Shown here piece by piece: positions 63,129 to 64,000 of a stretch of 64,000 nt of DNA (the first letter of the stretch is position 1; the number at the start of each line of letters is the position of its first letter). Position numbers and translations under genes: made by a program. The notes under the pieces are model-generated. The model saw only the letters and a list, made by a program, of their open reading frames with translations. It was not told the origin of the DNA and ran no database searches. Origin of the DNA: a candidate division Kazan bacterium RIFCSPHIGHO2_01_FULL_44_14 (GTDB lineage Bacteria > Patescibacteriota > Kazan-3B-28); NCBI GenBank assembly GCA_001771185.1, contig METB01000001.1, positions 5,875-69,874 on the forward strand, read 5' to 3'.

Positions 63129-63257
63129 TAAATAGGTATCACTCCCCCGTTTACGGGTATCGCCCTTAAACAATACGCTCCCAGAGCGATATTTAACTAA
63201 TTTATAGGTGGTTTTAATATGAAAAAGCCCACCATAGTACTGGTGGGCTAAGAGTTG

Positions 63258-63602
63258 CTAATCTTCGGTTGAAATGGGTTTCGGTGGGACTTTGGGAATA
63301 GGTATTATTCGCTTATGTTTCAAGGACGGCATCTGTGAGCGTACCCACGGCTCAAAATCAGCCGGAGAAAAACTAATCTTGAGGTAGCTGGATCGGTTGA
63401 GACGTGCATCAGGTTGGCTGGTGTCGAGACACTGGACATCAAGGCACTCAGTGGTGGTTGTTGCCTCAAATTGCAATGAACCGACTTCAAATGTTCGGGT
63501 CGCTTCGCCCCGAATCACACCTGACATCCAATCAGTGACTGATTGGATGTCTCGTTTACGTTCCGTTCGTTCTTGTTGCTCTTCTTCCTGAGAGCCAAAC
63601 AT
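63258..63602 (-). CDS. Hypothetical protein (ORFan cassette)
   Basis: TTGCCA-17-TAGTAT (63701-63673), boxA-like GTTCATTAACAA, GGAGGTG SD, terminator at 63223-63249. Confidence 0.65.
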   Translation of the reverse strand: MFGSQEEEQQERTERKRDIQSVTDWMSGVIRGEATRTFEVGSLQFEATTTTECLDVQCLDTSQPDARLNRSSYLKISFSPADFEPWVRSQMPSLKHKRIIPIPKVPPKPISTED

Positions 63603-63715
63603 TACTTCATCACCTCCCAAGTGATTTTTACCAAATGACTTGTTAATGAACTATCTGAATTAAGACATCCGAATACTACTACTTTATCGCTCTGGTGGCA
63701 AATTTATTCCCTTCT

Positions 63716-63801
63716 GTCATTGTGAGCGACCGAATGGAGCGTGGCAATCTAGATTGTTTCGCGGAGTCCATCCTGAATGGAACTAAAGGACTCGCAATGA
63801 C
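63716..63801. repeat. GTCAT...ATGAC palindromic element
   Basis: gtcattgtgagc..gcaatctagattgt..ctcgcaatgac. Confidence 0.8.
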
Positions 63802-64000
63802 AGTATAAAAATATACCCCAACCGAAGTTGGGGTATAAACAATGATCGAGAAAGATGCTAAAAAACAGTTCGGTCACCCGAGCCGAAGTCGGTGGCCAGG
63901 TGGCCAGTCCTCGGAATCTTACTACCGTAAGTGGATAAGACGGTTTGCCCAGGCGGGACTGGAGCAATTGCTGGTGGGATAGCGATGAGGCCATCGCTTC

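Noticed and set aside
63749-64000. ORF at the window end
   Set aside because: Partly overlaps a repeat, no recognisable motif in the frames checked, and truncated context

Overview
This looks like a chromosomal segment of a small-genome bacterium, most likely Patescibacteria/CPR. That assignment is an inference from gene content: two membrane-anchored TraD/HerA-like ATPases, a sigma-4/HARE-HTH protein, a VirB2/TrbC-like pilin, PaaX/Cas2-like genes and many ORFans. The backbone is housekeeping: recR, cysS, tRNA-Gln, gyrA, rpsA, infB-rbfA-nrnA, yceD-rpmF-nusB-rnc, rpsP-khpA-trmD, uvrB, dprA-topA, uvrA, uvrC, ligA-dgkA and gatCAB. Four unusual layers sit on top of it. (1) Small palindromic repeats that nest inside each other and insert in-frame into essential genes (cysS, trmD, ligA, uvrC four times, uvrB, rpsP). 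(2) Stand-alone PaaX/Cas2-like genes associated with CGGCCG-centred palindromes; one is bracketed by 26-bp inverted repeats and one is fused to cysS at a microhomology. (3) Single-gene cassettes in which unrelated ORFans share promoter plus structured-leader modules. (4) Several promoter-to-terminator units that look like structured RNAs, including a ~580-nt unit with 5'-3' long-range pairing over a small hydrophobic ORF. No CRISPR array, transposase, integrase or reverse transcriptase was found. All family calls come from motif recognition by eye; no database search was run.
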